A stretch of 64,000 bases of DNA from Amphiscolops sp. MND2022 (taxonomy: Eukaryota): the NCBI GenBank assembly GCA_964187785.1, contig OZ076412.1, positions 54,746,001 through 54,810,000 on the forward strand, given 5' to 3'. The position numbers and the translations under genes were made by a program. The notes beneath the pieces are model-generated. The model saw only the letters and a program-made list of their open reading frames with translations. It was not told where the DNA came from and made no database searches. Of this stretch, positions 59,801 to 64,000 are shown piece by piece. Numbering within the stretch: position 1 is the first letter of the stretch; each line of letters starts with the position of its first letter.

Positions 59801-62800
59801 GAGATCATTCCTGTTTGTTACAAACGAAATATCTCTAGTTTTCCGTGTAATGCATTCCGAAAGCCTGATTAAAAATATCATAACCCGCTTTTTATTTTCC
59901 GCCCATATTCCGACCATTAGGTTTCATTCGATAGGTATTTGTAGAGATTTTTTGCTTGACCCCAAAGACCCCAGAATGACCCCAAATCGACATCCAAAAT
60001 TGCCAAGACTGTTCAAATTTTTTACGTTCTACGCTTATTTTGTCAAACTTTTGATGTTTTTCGTTGCTTAGAATGTTGAAAACGCTCAAAACAGAAAAAA
60101 ACGTTGTTCAGGAGGTGTTTTCGAAGATGCAAAAGATTTTTAAAAAATTAGCAAATCGAGACCGAAATTCAAAATTTTCAAAATATTCCAATTTTTATGC
60201 TACTTTTGCCAATTTTTCAATACATTTTGGGGCTTAGAACGAGTGAATGGTTAAAACATTGAAAAATGAAAAATATCGTTGTTCAGAGGCTTTTTGAAGA
60301 AATAAGTGGAATGTTTCTACGAAAAATGCCTCAGTGAGAACAAATTGTCAAAAATTCCTAAAAAACTTCCAAATCTTTTCGTTTCAACGCTCTTTTTGTC
60401 ATCGTGGCTTAGAGTTTTGAAAACTTTCCAAATGAGAAACATTTGTTTTACAGGAGGCTGTTTTGAAGAAATTAACGCACTTTTTTGGAAGTTGCACAAC
60501 TTCGAAAGCACAACTTTAGATTGACAAAAGTTCCAAAAGTTCAGATTTTCAAGGTTTTTAGGCAATTTTTGTTAAATTTTCTATTTAGTTCTTTGATTAG
60601 GTTGTCGACAAGGCTTTTGTGAAGAACAAAATTTTTTTCCAATGGAAGAAATCCCAAACTGTCGAAAACCTGTCGAACAAATCTCTAATCTCAAAAATTA
60701 CAAATTGTTCTAGTTTATGTACATTTTTGTTCACTTTTGCACACTTTTCGAGTTTTTTTGGAATACAGGGCTCTAAACGTTCAAAGACGAACTAACAAGC
60801 TAAGCAGTGCAGCTTTCGGAAGAGTAACAATTCAGAAATCACTCAAAATGTTTCGAAAAATTGAACAATTTGTAACAATTCAGAATCACTGCAAATGTCC
60901 GAAAAACTGAAGAACGTCAATTTTCAAAAGCAAATTTTGTATTTTTTTTGGAATTTTCCGTAGTAGAATGATTGTAAACAATCAAATATGATAGAATTTT
61001 TTCTCAGGTTCTCAAAGGGGCTGCTTGAAGCGGGATCCGCATGTGTATGTGAAAAAGATTTCCAAAGTGACTCGAAAGTCGAAAATGCAAATTTTGACAC
61101 GTTTATAAACTTTTGTGCAGTGATGGATGAAATTTGATATTCTGTTGTTTTTCATGAGCTATTTTTCCTTTGGCTTCTTTCAGTGACAGCTCAGCGGTTG
61201 TGGCTCTGCGAATTCCGCGCGGGAATCAGTGCTTCCACTAACAATTCAACTATCTAACTACCTATTGACAAACCCGTTTAGTTGTTCGTTTTTGTCGTTT
61301 CGTAGCACTGCTACTTGCGCTATTTCTCTTCTTAGCTAATTCGCGTTAAGAGCATCAATATGCTGTTCCACCCTCAGCATCTTATAGCTTCCCATTTTTG
61401 CAATTGAATGTTTTTCTCATGTCAGAACAAACGCGGCTGTTCTGGATTCTTTCCTCCAACTCTCATACTTATAGGTTTTCAATTTTTTTGGACTTGCTGG
61501 ATATTCATTCATAACTTGATATTCTTACCTGTTGTGAGATCATTCTTGTTTGGTACACACGAAATACCTTTAGTGTTCCGTGTGATGCATTCCGAAAGCC
61601 TGATTAAAAATATCATAACTCCCTTTTTATTTTCCGCCCATAATCCAACCATTGGGTTTCATTAAATAGGTATTTGTAAATATTTTTTGCTTGACCCCAA
61701 AGACCCCAAAATGACCCCAAATCGACATCCAAAATTGCCAAAATTGTCCAAATATTCATTTTTTTCAACGTTCTACGCCTATTTTGTCAAACTTTTGATT
61801 TTATTCGTTGCTTAGAATGTTGAAAACGCTCAAAACAAAAAAAAACGTTGTCCAGGAGGTGTTTTCGAAGATACAAATCAATAAAAAAAATCCGCAAATC
61901 GAGACCGACATTGAGAAAACTTTTAAAAATTTCTAATTTTCATGCTACCTTTGCCAATTTTTTATTATATTTCGGGGCTTAGAACGATTGAATGTTAAAA
62001 ACATTGAAAAATGAAAAACATCGTTGTTCAGAGGCTTTTTGGAGAAATAAGTAGAATTGTTCTACGAAAAATGCCTCAGTGAGACAAAAATTGTCAAAAG
62101 TTCCTAAAAAACTTCCAAATCTTCTCGTTTCAATGCTCTTTTTGTCATCGTGGCTTAGTGTTTTGAAAACATTCCAAATGAGAAACATTCGTTTTACAGG
62201 AGGCTGTTTTGAAGAAATTAACGCACTTTATGGAAGTTGCACAACTTCGAAAGCACAACTTTAGATTGACAAAAGTTCCAAAAGTTCAGATTTTCAAGGT
62301 TTTTATGCAATTTTTGTTAAATTTTCTATTTAGTTCTTTGATTAGGTTGTCGACAAGGCGTTTGTGAAGAACAAAATTTTTTTCCAATGGAAGAAATCCC
62401 AAACTGTCGAAAATCTGTCGAACAAATCTCTAATCTCAAAAATTACAAATTGTTCTAGTTTATGTACATTTTTGTTCACTTTTGCACACTTTTCGAGTTT
62501 TCTTGGAATACAGGGCTCTAAACGTTCAAAGACGAACTAACAAGCTAAGCAGTGCAGCTTTCGGAAGAGTAACAATTCAGAAATCACTCAAAATGTTTCG
62601 AAAAATTGAACAATTTGTAACAATTCAGAATCACTGCAAATGTTCCGAAAAACTGAAGAACGTCAATTTTCAAAAGCAAATTTTGTATTTTTTTTGGAAT
62701 TTTCCGTAGTAGAATGATTGTAAACAATCAAATATGATAGAATTTTTTCTCAGGTTCTCAAAGGGGCTGCTTGAAGCGGGATCCGCATGTGTATGTGAAA

Positions 62801-64000
62801 AAGATTTCCAAAGTGACTCGAAAGTCGAAAATGCAAATTTTGACACGTTTATAAACTTTTGTGCAGTGATGGATGAAATTTGATATTCTGTTGTTTTTCA
62901 TGAGCTATTTTTCCTTTGGCTTCTTTCAGTGACAGCTCAGCGGTTGTGGCTCTGCGAATTCCGCGCGGGAAACATTGCTTCCACTAACAATTCAACTATA
63001 TAACTAACTATTGACAAACTCGTTTAGTTTTTTGTTTTTGTCGTTTCGTAGCACTGCTACTTGCGCTGTTTCTCTTCTTAGCTAAATCGCGTTAAGATCA
63101 TCAATATGCTGTTCCACCTTCAGCATCTTATAGCTTCCCATTTTTGCAACTAAATGTTTTTCTCTTGTCAGAACGAACGCGGCTGTTCCGGATTCTTTCC
63201 TCCAATTCTCATACTTATAGGTTTTCAATTTTTTGGACTCGCTGGTTATCCATTCATATCTTAATTTTCTCCCCTGTTTTGAGATCATTCTTGTTTGGTA
63301 CACACGAATTACCTTTAGTTTTCCGTGTAATGCATTCCGAAAGCCTGTTTAAAAATATCATAATTCCCTTTTTAATTTCCGCCCATAATCCGACCATTAG
63401 GTTTCATTCGATATGTTTTTTTAAAAATTTTTTGCTTGACCTCAAAGACCCTAGAATGACCCCAAATCGACATCCAAAACTGCCAATATTGTTCAATTTT
63501 TCAATTTATTTTACGTTCTACGATTATTTTGTCAAATTTTTGATATTCTTCGTTGCTTAGAATGTTGAAAACGCTCAAAACGGAAAAAAGGTTGTCCAGG
63601 AGGTGTTTTCGGAGAAACAAACGCAGAAAAAAATCCGCAAATCGAGACCGAAATTGACAAAACTTCCAAAAAATTCCTATTTTCATGCTGCTTTTGCCAA
63701 TTTTTCAATACATTTTGTGGCTTAGAACGAATTAATGTTAAAAACATTGAAAAATGAAAAATATCGTTGTTCAGAAGCTTTTTGAAGAAATAAGTGAATT
63801 TTTTGTACAAAAAATGCCTCAGTGAGACAAAAATTGTCAAAGTTTCTCAAAAAAGTTCCAAATTTTTTCGTTTCAAGGCTCTTTTTGTCATCGTGGCTTA
63901 GAGTTTTGAAAACGTTCCAAAAGGAAAACATTCGATGTACAGGAGGCTGTTTTGAAGAAATTAACTCACTTTTTTGAAAATTGCACAACTTCGAAAGCAC
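41840..64000. repeat. Tandem array (complex satellite/macrosatellite), unit about 1.74 kb, 13 units, runs off the right edge
   Basis: Marker GTGAAGAACAAA at 41881, 43624, 45370, 47105, 48842, 50569, 53782, 57144, 58882, 60619 and 62364. Two units lack the marker because of a shared deletion. Confidence 0.98.

Noticed and set aside
41866-64000. Dozens of 60-150 aa ORFs in the array
   Set aside because: They recur with the repeat period on both strands, are Phe/Lys-rich by-products of AT-rich DNA, and vary in start and stop between units.
41840-64000. CRISPR-like or rDNA array
   Set aside because: There are no short repeats with unique spacers, no cas genes and no rRNA motifs, and the context is eukaryotic.

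Overview
AT-rich animal (invertebrate) genomic DNA in three zones; the species cannot be fixed from sequence alone. (1) 1-9905 is the right part of a Maverick/Polinton (adintovirus-like endogenous dsDNA virus). It carries an adenain-type protease, major and minor capsid proteins, a pVII-like basic protein, a DDE integrase, a packaging ATPase (one frameshift) and several accessory ORFs. It ends in the typical ACTACT terminus. pPolB is not in the window. (2) About 10.5-35 kb holds host genes: the 3' part of a spliced EDRF1 orthologue, a UQCC2-like gene and an intronless ODR4. The last EDRF1 intron is 16.3 kb and filled with antisense, partly nested elements: an RTE-type LINE, Helentron-like MITEs, a CR1/L2-type LINE with a triplicated RT core, and a MULE transposase split by a second LINE and a BEL/Pao LTR element. 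The MULE protein appears to end in a RING finger. (3) About 38.7-64 kb is a transition into a tandem array of ~1.74-kb units (13 in view). Each unit appears to combine diverged ~175-bp monomers with a decayed coding relic, and part of the array forms a dimeric higher-order repeat. Homology calls come from recalled motifs, not database searches.
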